A stretch of 64,000 bases of DNA from positions 1 to 64,000 of the forward strand of contig JBFLZG010000105.1 of NCBI GenBank assembly GCA_040756235.1, written 5' to 3'. The stretch comes from a bacterium (GTDB taxonomy: Bacteria > Desulfobacterota > DSWW01). The notes below the pieces were generated by a model, which had not been told where the DNA came from, made no database searches, and was given only the letters and a program-made list of their open reading frames with translations. Shown one piece after another: positions 29,552 to 37,820 of this stretch (position 1 is its first letter; every line of letters starts with the position of its first letter). The position numbers were made by a program, and so were the translations under genes.

Positions 29552-30373
29552 ATGAAGCATGGAGCTCTTGTCGGTGTGATGACGCTGGCCGCTCTCGGGC
29601 TTGCGCTGGTCGCTTTCTCCGGCCAAGTGCCGCCCGAGATCGGCTGCACGGCAGAGCAGGCTGAGGACGCGATCTTCAACAATCTCCGCAGCGGCAGTTT
29701 CTACCCGCCTTACTGCAACAGGGTCTACAAGGCGATTCCCCCGGACAAGAGGGCTTCCGTCGTGCGCAAGCTCGGTGATTTTGCCAAGAGCACTGTCGGA
29801 AGCGATGCCTTCAGAACGCGCTATCTGGCCGAGTGGGAAGCCAGCCGCCCCATCGAGCCGGAGCAGGAGGCGGTGGCGACACCGGCCAGCCAGATGGAAG
29901 GGTTCGAGGACCAGATCCGCAAGACCGAGGCGCAGATCGCGAGCCCGGATACTCCCGAGGAGCAGAAGAAGTACCTCCGGGACTCTATCGCGTCCATGAA
30001 AGAGATGGTGCAGCAGATGAATACCCCCGAGATGCGGCAGATGGTTCAGCAGGGGTATGAAATGCAGAAGCAGGAGGCCAGCCGGAGGTACGAGCGCCAG
30101 ATGGAGGAGTATCGGAAGAAGCTGGCCGATTGGGAGAACAGCAAGGACGTCAACCATGTCCTCAGGACACGCCTGAAGGATTTTCTCGAGATAACCAAGC
30201 AAATGGATTTCAAGGCTCCGCTCGTCAAGCGCGGCGACAAATACGTCTTCGCCGACCCGGCGTTGGAGGCAAAGGACTACCGCTGGAAGATGTGCTTTCG
30301 ATGCGGAAAGGAAGCCATCGAGGCCGCCCGCGCTTACGCGTCCGGGTGGCTCGACGAGCTCGAGCAGCCGTAG
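29552..30373 (+). CDS. Secreted hypothetical protein with coiled coil
   Basis: Signal peptide, coding-like codon usage, Q/E/K/M-rich helical centre. Confidence 0.75.
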   Translation: MKHGALVGVMTLAALGLALVAFSGQVPPEIGCTAEQAEDAIFNNLRSGSFYPPYCNRVYKAIPPDKRASVVRKLGDFAKSTVGSDAFRTRYLAEWEASRPIEPEQEAVATPASQMEGFEDQIRKTEAQIASPDTPEEQKKYLRDSIASMKEMVQQMNTPEMRQMVQQGYEMQKQEASRRYERQMEEYRKKLADWENSKDVNHVLRTRLKDFLEITKQMDFKAPLVKRGDKYVFADPALEAKDYRWKMCFRCGKEAIEAARAYASGWLDELEQP

Positions 30374-30647
30374 CTCAGTAGCTTGGCGCCGGAGTCGCAA
30401 TCCCCCCGTAAAGAGCAGCAGCGCTCCAGCATCGAGGCAGCGCCAGACAAGTGCCGGAGATTGCGAGGCCCGGAGGGCCGCGGCAACCTTCGGAATGGTA
30501 CCTCAGGGCGCAGGGAGGTCCCTCGCTTCGCTCGGGATCCGGGCCGCCACGCTCGCGAGCCGTTGATGGTGGACACGCTGCGCTTTGTCCACCCTACCGA
30601 GTCCCAAGGCTCGCTCCGCGAAGATCCAGCGCTTGGGCCATCGCCTG

Positions 30648-32090
30648 CTAAGGTTTCGTCATCGGAACCCGGATCAGAAAGCGGCTCCCCTTCCCGGGCG
30701 TCGAATCGACCGAGATCTTGCCCCCGTGTTTGACGGCAATTTTGTTGGCAATGAAGAGCCCGAGCCCCGTCCCCTCCATGCCCTTCGAAGAGAAGAACAT
30801 GCAGAAGAGCTTCTCGCGGGTCTCCTGGTCCATGCCGATCCCGTTGTCCTGAAGCTCGAAGAGCACGTGGTCCATGGTCTGCCACACCCGGAAGTGGACC
30901 GCGTGGTCCGTCTTGACCCGGTCCATGCGGCAGGCGTCGAAGGAGTTCTCCAGCACGTTCACCAGCATGGAATGGAGCGCCTTGGCATCCCCTTCGAAGG
31001 GCTTCATGCCTTCTGCGAAGGTCGTGCGGAAGGCGATGCCGAGCTTTTCCGCCTTGCCGTCCAGGACCTTGGCGACGCTCTCGGCGAGCTCCCGGGGCCG
31101 CACCTGCTCCCATGCGGGCTCGCGGTCCTTCGCGTAGTAGAGGACGTCCAGCACCATGCTGCGGATCTTGCTGATGTTGCGCTCCATCATGTCCCAGCCT
31201 TTGCGGACCCGCTGCATCTCGCCCTTCTCCAGCCCGGACTTCATGAAGTAGCCGCCCCCGTCCAGGCCGGTCAGGAGCCCCTTGATTCCGTGCGAGATCG
31301 AGCCGACCAGCATGCCCAGGGATTCGAGCTGGGACTGAAGCCGCCGGATCTCGGTGATGTTGGTGGACATCTCCATGACGTGCGCGATTTCTCCCGCCCC
31401 GTTCCGGATGGGGGCGGTCGAGACCAGAACGTGGATCGACTCTCCGCTCTTGGAGGTCACGACCTCCTCGCTGGTGTGCACCTGCCCGTCCGCAAACGTG
31501 GCGGCCACCGGGCATCTCAGGCATTCCTCCTCACGGTGCTTGTACACGGCGTAGCAGTGATCGCCGATCTCGTCCCCGAAGTCCTCTTTGAACTTGCGGT
31601 TGGCCCGCACGATCCGGAAGTCCCGGTCCTGGACCGAGATGTAGCAAGGGACCTCTTCGAAGAGGTAAGCGAGCCGTTCCTGGCTCTCCTTGAGCTTTCT
31701 CTGGAGGTACTTCACCTCCGTGATGTCGGTGGACATCTCCATGACCGCGACGATCTCGCGTTCCTCGTTGTAGATGGGCGTGGTGTAGACGATGACCTCC
31801 GCCACGCTGCCATCGGGCAACGACCACATCTCCTCGCTCTTGTGGCTCTGACCGTCCAGGAAGGTCTTCTCGACCGGACAGACGGGACACTTCTCCTGCC
31901 GGTCCTTGTAGATCTCATAGCAGGTGGAGCCCGGCTTTCCTTCGAAGGTCTCCCGGAACAGCCGGTTCGTCTTCAGGATCCGGTATTCCCGGTCCTGAAT
32001 GGAGATGTAGCACGGGACTTCGTCGAAGAGAACGTCATAGGGGAGAGGGACCGTCCCCTGCCGGATCTTCAGCTCTTGCCGCACGCTCAT
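30648..32090 (-). CDS. Cytoplasmic sensor histidine kinase with two Cys-rich PAS domains
   Basis: Two repeats of F.EVPCYIS.QD...CY..Y......C..CPV; H-box SHGIKG; NVLENS, DNGIG, FFSSKG, GTGLGL. Confidence 0.93.
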   Translation of the reverse strand: MSVRQELKIRQGTVPLPYDVLFDEVPCYISIQDREYRILKTNRLFRETFEGKPGSTCYEIYKDRQEKCPVCPVEKTFLDGQSHKSEEMWSLPDGSVAEVIVYTTPIYNEEREIVAVMEMSTDITEVKYLQRKLKESQERLAYLFEEVPCYISVQDRDFRIVRANRKFKEDFGDEIGDHCYAVYKHREEECLRCPVAATFADGQVHTSEEVVTSKSGESIHVLVSTAPIRNGAGEIAHVMEMSTNITEIRRLQSQLESLGMLVGSISHGIKGLLTGLDGGGYFMKSGLEKGEMQRVRKGWDMMERNISKIRSMVLDVLYYAKDREPAWEQVRPRELAESVAKVLDGKAEKLGIAFRTTFAEGMKPFEGDAKALHSMLVNVLENSFDACRMDRVKTDHAVHFRVWQTMDHVLFELQDNGIGMDQETREKLFCMFFSSKGMEGTGLGLFIANKIAVKHGGKISVDSTPGKGSRFLIRVPMTKP

Positions 32091-32103
32091 GGCGGATTCC
32101 GCC

Positions 32104-32481
32104 TCAGACGGCGAATCGGTTCACCGTCTCGAGAAGCTCCCGGGTGTCGATCGGCTTGAAGACGTAGCCGGCCGGAGGCCGGATCTGCTTGCGGTGCTCG
32201 ATGTACGCCTCGAGCTCCTCGGAGACGCCGGTGACGATGACGACCGGGATCCTGGAGGTCTTAGGATCCTGCTGCAGCTCGCGCAAGGTCTTGATCCCGG
32301 ATTTCTCGGGCATGGAAATGTCCAGCGTGATCACGTCCGGGAGCTCCTTCTTTGCCAGATCGAACCCCTGACTTCCGTTCGTGGCCCCCAGGGCCTGGAA
32401 ACCGTTGTCCTCGAAGAACGTCATCATGTAGCTCTGGATGTCCTCCTCGTCCTCGATCACCAGGATCTTCTTCGCCGCCAT
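32104..32481 (-). CDS. Single-domain response regulator
   Basis: ILVIEDE, PDVITLDISMP, VTG, FKP. Confidence 0.92.
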   Translation of the reverse strand: MAAKKILVIEDEEDIQSYMMTFFEDNGFQALGATNGSQGFDLAKKELPDVITLDISMPEKSGIKTLRELQQDPKTSRIPVVIVTGVSEELEAYIEHRKQIRPPAGYVFKPIDTRELLETVNRFAV

Positions 32482-32536
32482 GGTTTTTCCCTCCTCATGC
32501 CGTTTGACGTGGCCCGATACGATGCCTTGATTTCGA

Positions 32537-33253
32537 TCACCCCTTCGGGAGCCGGGCCGTGACCGTGTTTCCGTCACCCGCTCCCGGATCGACCCGGAAA
32601 GAGCCGCCGTGGGCCGCCGCGATCTTGTTCGAAATGAAGAGGCCCAGGGCGGCGCCCTCGATCTTGGAGGCGAACAGGGGGCTCGAGACTTTTTTCACGG
32701 TCTCCGGATCCAGCCCCCTGCCGCTGTCCCGGACCTGGAAGACGATCTGTTCCGCCTCCGGGAAGACGGACAGCCGGATCCGATGCCTGCCCTCGCCGGA
32801 ATCCGCTGCGCAGGCCTCGAGGGCGCTCTCGAGCATGTTCAGGACCAGGGACCGGACGGCCTTCGGGTCCGCCCGGAGCTCCCCGGCGCCCGAGGCGATC
32901 TCGGTCGAGAGCGCGATACCGGCCTCGTCGCATCTCTTGCGCACGGGTTCCGCCAGCTCCTCGACCAGGTCGGGTGCGAACACCGGTTCCCGCACAGGCT
33001 CACGATCTTTCGCGTAATAGAGGATGTTGAGGACCGTGCTCCGGATGCGGTCCGCGTTGCGCTCGACCATGGCCAGGCCCCTCGTCATCCGTTCCGTGTC
33101 GCTCCTGGCCGCTCCGGACTTCACCAGGTAGATCCCGCCGTCCAGGCCGGTCAGCTGCCCGCGGATGGCGTGAGAGATGGTGCCCACGAGGAGGTTGAGG
33201 GACGCCAGGCGGTCCTCGACCTCCCGCACGGCGGTTGCCTCGCCGGGCATCAT
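32537..33253 (-). CDS. Sensorless histidine kinase-like protein with degenerate ATP-binding boxes
   Basis: H-box SHAIRG paralogous to the 30648-32090 kinase; NMLESA, DSGRG, GAALGL; start uncertain. Confidence 0.8.
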   Translation of the reverse strand: MMPGEATAVREVEDRLASLNLLVGTISHAIRGQLTGLDGGIYLVKSGAARSDTERMTRGLAMVERNADRIRSTVLNILYYAKDREPVREPVFAPDLVEELAEPVRKRCDEAGIALSTEIASGAGELRADPKAVRSLVLNMLESALEACAADSGEGRHRIRLSVFPEAEQIVFQVRDSGRGLDPETVKKVSSPLFASKIEGAALGLFISNKIAAAHGGSFRVDPGAGDGNTVTARLPKG

Positions 33254-33404
33254 CGGCTCCGGAGTCTGCCCGCCATCCGCTCCGCGGTTCGGCTGCAATG
33301 GACCTCCTCGCCAGGTTCCAGGCGCCACTCCGGGTCCACCCCCTGATGAGAGTATCCGCCGGTCGGCTGAGGCGTGGCCTGACACCTGACACCTGATTCG
33401 CGGC

Positions 33405-35147
33405 TCAAGCCTCTGCCTTGGACCGATGGGCCAGCTCCAGGATCTTGCGCACGTTCTTCACGAGCACCTCCTCGCTCACCGGCTTGTCGAGATAGCCCTC
33501 GGGAGGGCGGTGCGGCTTGTCGTAGATGAGCCGCCGAAGCTCCGGTCGCCCCGTGACGATGCAGATCGGGATGCCGGCGGTCTCCGCATCTTCCCGCAGC
33601 CGGACGAAGACCTCGCTTCCGTCGAGTTGCGGCATGGAGATATCCAGCGTGATCAGGTCGGGCCGTTCCTTCCTGGCAAGCTCGATCCCCTTCAGACCGT
33701 CGGTTGCCCGGAGGGTGGACGCCTGGTTGTCCTCGAGCACCGTGGAAAGGTAGGTGAGGGTGTCGGGCTCGTCGTCGATGACGAGAATCCGGAAGCCCTT
33801 CAGGGTGTGCACCGCCTTCGGCATCTCGGCCACCTCGATCTTCTCGGGTAGGATGAGGGCATTGGAGACCAGGTTGACGAGCTGCTTGACCTCCATGCCG
33901 AGCTCGTAGTGGCGAATGAGGTCGGTCAGACCGTCCACGCAGTTGTGGCAGGAGGTGACGACGATCTTGGCGCCCGTGGCCCTGAGCTGCTCGGCCTTGA
34001 TCTTGCCGGACTTCAGTCTCCTGGGGGTGTACTCGGACATGGACATGGCGCCGCCGCCCCCGGTGCAGCAGTAGTTCTCGGCCCGGTTCGGGTGCATCTC
34101 GCGAAAGTCCGTGCAGACGAGCCGGATGAGCTCCCTGGGCTCTTCGTAAAGCCCGCAGCTCCGGGCGTTGTTGCAGGAGTCGTGGAAGGTGACGGGGATG
34201 TCGTTCCGGGTCTTGTCCACCTGGATCCGACCCTCCCGGATGTAGCGCAGCATCGTGATGACCGAGCTTTCCATCTCGAAGCCGATGTCCACGCCTCCCC
34301 AGTTCGGCCCCTCGCAGCGCGTGGAGCGATAGCCGTGACCGCACTCGGAGATCACGACCTTCTTCGCGCCCAGCTCCTCGGCCTTCTCGTACAGACGCTT
34401 GGCCACCGTGCCGCCCAGGTCGTCGTCGCCGGAGAAGAGGCCGAAGTTGGTCATGTCCCAGCCTTCGCTCGGCATGGTCCAGTCCTCGCCGGCCACGGTG
34501 AAGATCTTGGCCGCGTCGCCGATCGTGCGCGGATCGTACTTCACCTCCCGGGGATTGATGGTGTACATGACCCCGGCGCCCGCCTTGTCGATCGGAATCA
34601 GGCTATGCCCGATCTCGAGCTCGTCCTGGAGCTCTTCGTCCATCCATTCGAGCGTCTCCAGGTAGTCCTCCTTGAGCACGCCCATCTGGTTCCCGATCTC
34701 CCACTGGTCCTTGCTCACGACCGAGACGCCTTCCGGCATGACCCCGACGTGCACGAGCAGGCCCCGGGTCATGCGGTTCACGGTGGCGAAGTCGACGCCC
34801 ATGGGGCAGTTGATCGTGCAGCGGCGGCAGTTGGTGCATTTCCCGAAGGCAATGTCTTTCAGCTCTTCGAGCTCCTCGTCCGTGCAGAGGCTCTTGGCCT
34901 TGACCCACCAGGGGAACACCCGCCCGGTCCAGTCCACGTGGCGCTTGAAGATCTTGCGGATCTGGTCCGCCTTGTAGGCCGGCGCATAGGTGGGATCGCC
35001 CGGGTTCGAGAGCACGTAGTGGCAGGAGTTGGTGCACATGCCGCAGTGCACGCAGCCCGCCAGCGACAGCACGATCTGCCGGTTGAGCTTCTTCTGCAGC
35101 CTGTCGATGACCTTCTGCGCTTTGTAGGATCTCGCTTCGGCGCTCAT
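33405..35147 (-). CDS. HmcF/TmcB/DsrK-like Fe-S (CCG domain) protein fused to a C-terminal receiver domain
   Basis: CVHCGMCTNSC, CTNCRRCTINCP, ECGH, HDSC, CCTGGGG, SCHNC; then ILVIDDE...LDISMP...VTG...KP. Confidence 0.88.
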   Translation of the reverse strand: MSAEARSYKAQKVIDRLQKKLNRQIVLSLAGCVHCGMCTNSCHYVLSNPGDPTYAPAYKADQIRKIFKRHVDWTGRVFPWWVKAKSLCTDEELEELKDIAFGKCTNCRRCTINCPMGVDFATVNRMTRGLLVHVGVMPEGVSVVSKDQWEIGNQMGVLKEDYLETLEWMDEELQDELEIGHSLIPIDKAGAGVMYTINPREVKYDPRTIGDAAKIFTVAGEDWTMPSEGWDMTNFGLFSGDDDLGGTVAKRLYEKAEELGAKKVVISECGHGYRSTRCEGPNWGGVDIGFEMESSVITMLRYIREGRIQVDKTRNDIPVTFHDSCNNARSCGLYEEPRELIRLVCTDFREMHPNRAENYCCTGGGGAMSMSEYTPRRLKSGKIKAEQLRATGAKIVVTSCHNCVDGLTDLIRHYELGMEVKQLVNLVSNALILPEKIEVAEMPKAVHTLKGFRILVIDDEPDTLTYLSTVLEDNQASTLRATDGLKGIELARKERPDLITLDISMPQLDGSEVFVRLREDAETAGIPICIVTGRPELRRLIYDKPHRPPEGYLDKPVSEEVLVKNVRKILELAHRSKAEA

Positions 35148-35209
35148 TGTCTTCTTCCCTTCCTGGATCGATCGGATGAGACGGGGATGCTTGAGGAGTC
35201 CCTGGGCGC

Positions 35210-35902
35210 TTACCCTCTGTCAGGTGTCGCCGATCGCTGGATCGGGTACACGCCCCGGTGTCCCAGGGACCTGCCGATGTAGAAGCGCATGAACGGGTAG
35301 TAAAGGTAGTGGGAAATCTTGCTGAAGGGCACGTAAATGAGGAAGAAGGCCGTGAGGAAGAAGAAGGCCAACAGGTGCCCCTCGCCACCCAAGACGTCAT
35401 TGGGAGCGGCGAGCGTCGCAAAGAAGAACCAGACCGTCAGCAGCGCCAGAGAAAAGTAATCGTCCGGGGTGCTGATCGCCCGCATGTACGGGTTCACGAT
35501 CCTGCGCACGAAGCGGTAGCATCCCACGAAGAAAGCGGCGCCGGTGAAGATCTGGAACAGCCGCACCGCCGCCTCGCTCTCGAGCACCGAGGGAGCATAC
35601 GGGATGATGAAGGAAAGGGTGATGGCGGCCGTCACGCCGAGATGGAACAGCACGAACTGGGCCCAATACAAGGGGTTCATCCTCGTGCTCTCCATGGCCC
35701 AGGGCATCGCGATGTTGGCCAGAGAGTACGCGGCGCCTTTCATGGGATCGGTGCTGAGGCGGCCTGTCTGCGGCTGCCGGTCCCGTCCCGCCTTGAACCG
35801 GAAAAGCCAATAGAGCCTCAATGAATAAACGATTGCCATGAAGGCCAGCGAAAGCTCCTGCAAGCGGTGCGCGGAAAAGTGCAAAAGTGCGCTCTCTCCC
35901 AT
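35210..35902 (-). CDS. HmcE/TmcC/DsrM (NarI-like) membrane subunit
   Basis: About 5 TM helices, FHLG, MRAISTPDDY, YVPFSKISHY. Confidence 0.8.
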   Translation of the reverse strand: MGESALLHFSAHRLQELSLAFMAIVYSLRLYWLFRFKAGRDRQPQTGRLSTDPMKGAAYSLANIAMPWAMESTRMNPLYWAQFVLFHLGVTAAITLSFIIPYAPSVLESEAAVRLFQIFTGAAFFVGCYRFVRRIVNPYMRAISTPDDYFSLALLTVWFFFATLAAPNDVLGGEGHLLAFFFLTAFFLIYVPFSKISHYLYYPFMRFYIGRSLGHRGVYPIQRSATPDRG

Positions 35903-35950
35903 GTGCTTCCTCCCGGTACGGAATGGTGACTCCTGGCAGCCTGACACGAC

Positions 35951-36019
35951 AGGGCAAAGGGGAAAGGTCAAAGGGGCAGATGCTCTCTGCTTTCAGCTTT
36001 CCCCTTTCACCTTTTCCCT
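35951..36019. repeat. Inverted heptamer-repeat hairpin
   Basis: Tandem (nnAAAGG)n facing (TTTCnCC)n, between the macrodomain and membrane-subunit genes. Confidence 0.55.
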
Positions 36020-36027
36020 TGCGACGC

Positions 36028-36555
36028 TCACAGGGCCTCGATCTGCTTCGAGAAAGGTTTGACCTCCCGGGTGTCTCGCGCGCAAATGATCACTTCTTCC
36101 AGTCCGCTGTTTCCGTTCATCAGATGTTCCCGGATCGTCTGGACCATCACCTTCGCGCAGGTCTCGACCGGGATCCCGTAGAAACCGGTCCCCAGGGGAG
36201 GGATCGCCAGTTTCTTGATCCCCTTCTCTTCCGCCCTCCGGAGAGCGGAGGCGACCGTCTGCCTCAGCTTGGCCTCTTCGCCTTCTTCCTGGAACTTCGG
36301 GCCGACCGCGTGGATGATGAATTTCGCCTTCATCTGACCGGCCCCGGTCACCACGGCTTCACCGACCCGGACCGGGGCAAGCTTTTTGCACTCCTCCTGA
36401 ACGGAGGGCCCGCCCCTCACCGAGATCGCCGTCCCGTAGCCCGAGCCGAGGGCCAGGCTTTCCGTGGCGTAGAAGACAAGAGCGTCGGCCTCGACGTCCG
36501 TGACGTCGGCCTTCATCAGATGGATCGACTTGCCTTTGAGCTTCTTCTCCGTCAT
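36028..36555 (-). CDS. Macrodomain protein with non-canonical active-site loops
   Basis: ADVT, GEAVVTGAG.MKAKFIIHAVGP, PPLGTGFYG; FYATES.ALGSGYG replaces NAANxxLxGGGGV. Confidence 0.85.
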   Translation of the reverse strand: MTEKKLKGKSIHLMKADVTDVEADALVFYATESLALGSGYGTAISVRGGPSVQEECKKLAPVRVGEAVVTGAGQMKAKFIIHAVGPKFQEEGEEAKLRQTVASALRRAEEKGIKKLAIPPLGTGFYGIPVETCAKVMVQTIREHLMNGNSGLEEVIICARDTREVKPFSKQIEAL

Positions 36556-36639
36556 CTCGTCCCCCGTGTCTCTTGTGAAAAGGACGCTTTCCCCCTTTGA
36601 GTGAACGATCCGTCACATCTCGCCCGTCACAGAGGCCCG

Positions 36640-37089
36640 TCAGGCCCTGCCCTGCTCGAGCTCCTGCAGCATTCTCCGAACGCCGCTCTTGTCGCAGAGA
36701 TCTTTCAGCGAATAGTCCGCCAGGACTTGGGTGATGCGTTGATTGAGCAGCTCCCAGAGGATCCGGCATTCGCAGTTCTCCGAGCGCATGCATTCCTCCG
36801 GGTGGCCCACGCATTCCACGAGATTGATCGGCCCGCTGGTCGCCTCGTAGATTTCGAGCAGGGTGATCTGCTCGGCAGGTCTGCCGAGCCGGTATCCTCC
36901 GGTCCGGCCGCTGGTGCTGCGGATGAGGCTGGCATTCTTGAGGGATACGACGAGTTGCTCCAGATAGCCCTTGGAGAGCTTCTCGCGGCGGGCGATCTCG
37001 CTCAGGTGAACCGGCTTTCCGTCCCCGGAGTGTCTGGAGAGGTCCAGCATCAGCCGGAGGGCGTAACGCAGCCGCGTGGAGATCTTCAT
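36640..37089 (-). CDS. Rrf2 family transcriptional regulator (Fe-S type)
   Basis: MKISTRLRYALR, YLEQL, GRTGGYRL, ECVGHPEECMRSENC. Confidence 0.93.
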   Translation of the reverse strand: MKISTRLRYALRLMLDLSRHSGDGKPVHLSEIARREKLSKGYLEQLVVSLKNASLIRSTSGRTGGYRLGRPAEQITLLEIYEATSGPINLVECVGHPEECMRSENCECRILWELLNQRITQVLADYSLKDLCDKSGVRRMLQELEQGRA

Positions 37090-37119
37090 CCGCAAGGGTT
37101 CCGTTCTGGTCTGGCACCG

Positions 37120-37182
37120 ATTCCTACCAAGGCACTAGGCTTCAGGTGTTTTCATAGTAAATGGGTATGCAAACCATGTCAA
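37120..37182 (-). promoter_or_regulatory. Sigma70 promoter of the rrf2 cluster with a possible operator
   Basis: TTGACA (37177-37182)-17-TACTAT (37154-37159); imperfect inverted repeat ATTCCTAC-N7-CTAGGCTT at 37120-37142. Confidence 0.65.
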
Positions 37183-37431
37183 CAAATTTTTTCAGGAGAT
37201 ACAGGGAAGGCCGGGGAGTCCGTCGGAGAGGCCTGCTTGGGGACCTGTTGGATCCCGGGACGGCGCGGCAAGCGGCGCCCTACAACCCTCGCAGGGCGCT
37301 GGCTGGGATGACGCAGCCGGACGCAGTCTTGTAGGGGCAGGGCTTGCCTGGCTTGCCCTGCCCGAAAGGGGCTACCAGGGGCGCTGCCTGCTGCCCCCGG
37401 GACCCCGGGGGGCAGCAGGATTCCCGCGTGC

Positions 37432-37640
37432 GCGGCTGTGTCACAAGCCGGTCAAACCCTCATGCGGCCACTCATTCCGGAGGACCCGGAGGCGCGGCCG
37501 CATGATTTCCGTCATTCCGGCGGAGGCCGGAATCCAGTCCCTGTACCCGGTTCCTGAAGCTGGTCTGGGTGCACCCTTCTGGATCCCGGCTCCCACGCGC
37601 TCCGCAACCGGGCCGGGATGACGAAATAGGACACAGCCTG
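37432..37640. mobile_element. 209-bp MITE-like element inserted in a REP loop
   Basis: TIR core GGCTGTGTC/GACACAGCC; GTGC duplicated at 37428-37431 and 37641-37644; second copy at 48742-48950. Confidence 0.7.
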
Positions 37641-37820
37641 GTGCGCGGGAATGGCGGCCAGACTTGGGCGCAGGGCCGGATTCCGGCCCCTGCCCCGTGC
37701 CTGATCCAGCGCGCGCGGGAATGACGCCGTGTCTGGTTTCAGGCTGAGCGGGGCCGAAAGGGGGCTGTGCTTGTTCTGGCGGAGAACTGGCAACCGATAA
37801 CTGGCGACTGGCGAGGAAGG

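Noticed and set aside
37110..37128. TGGCAC as a sigma54 site (also at about 55908 and 50025)
   Set aside because: There is no GC at the -12 position
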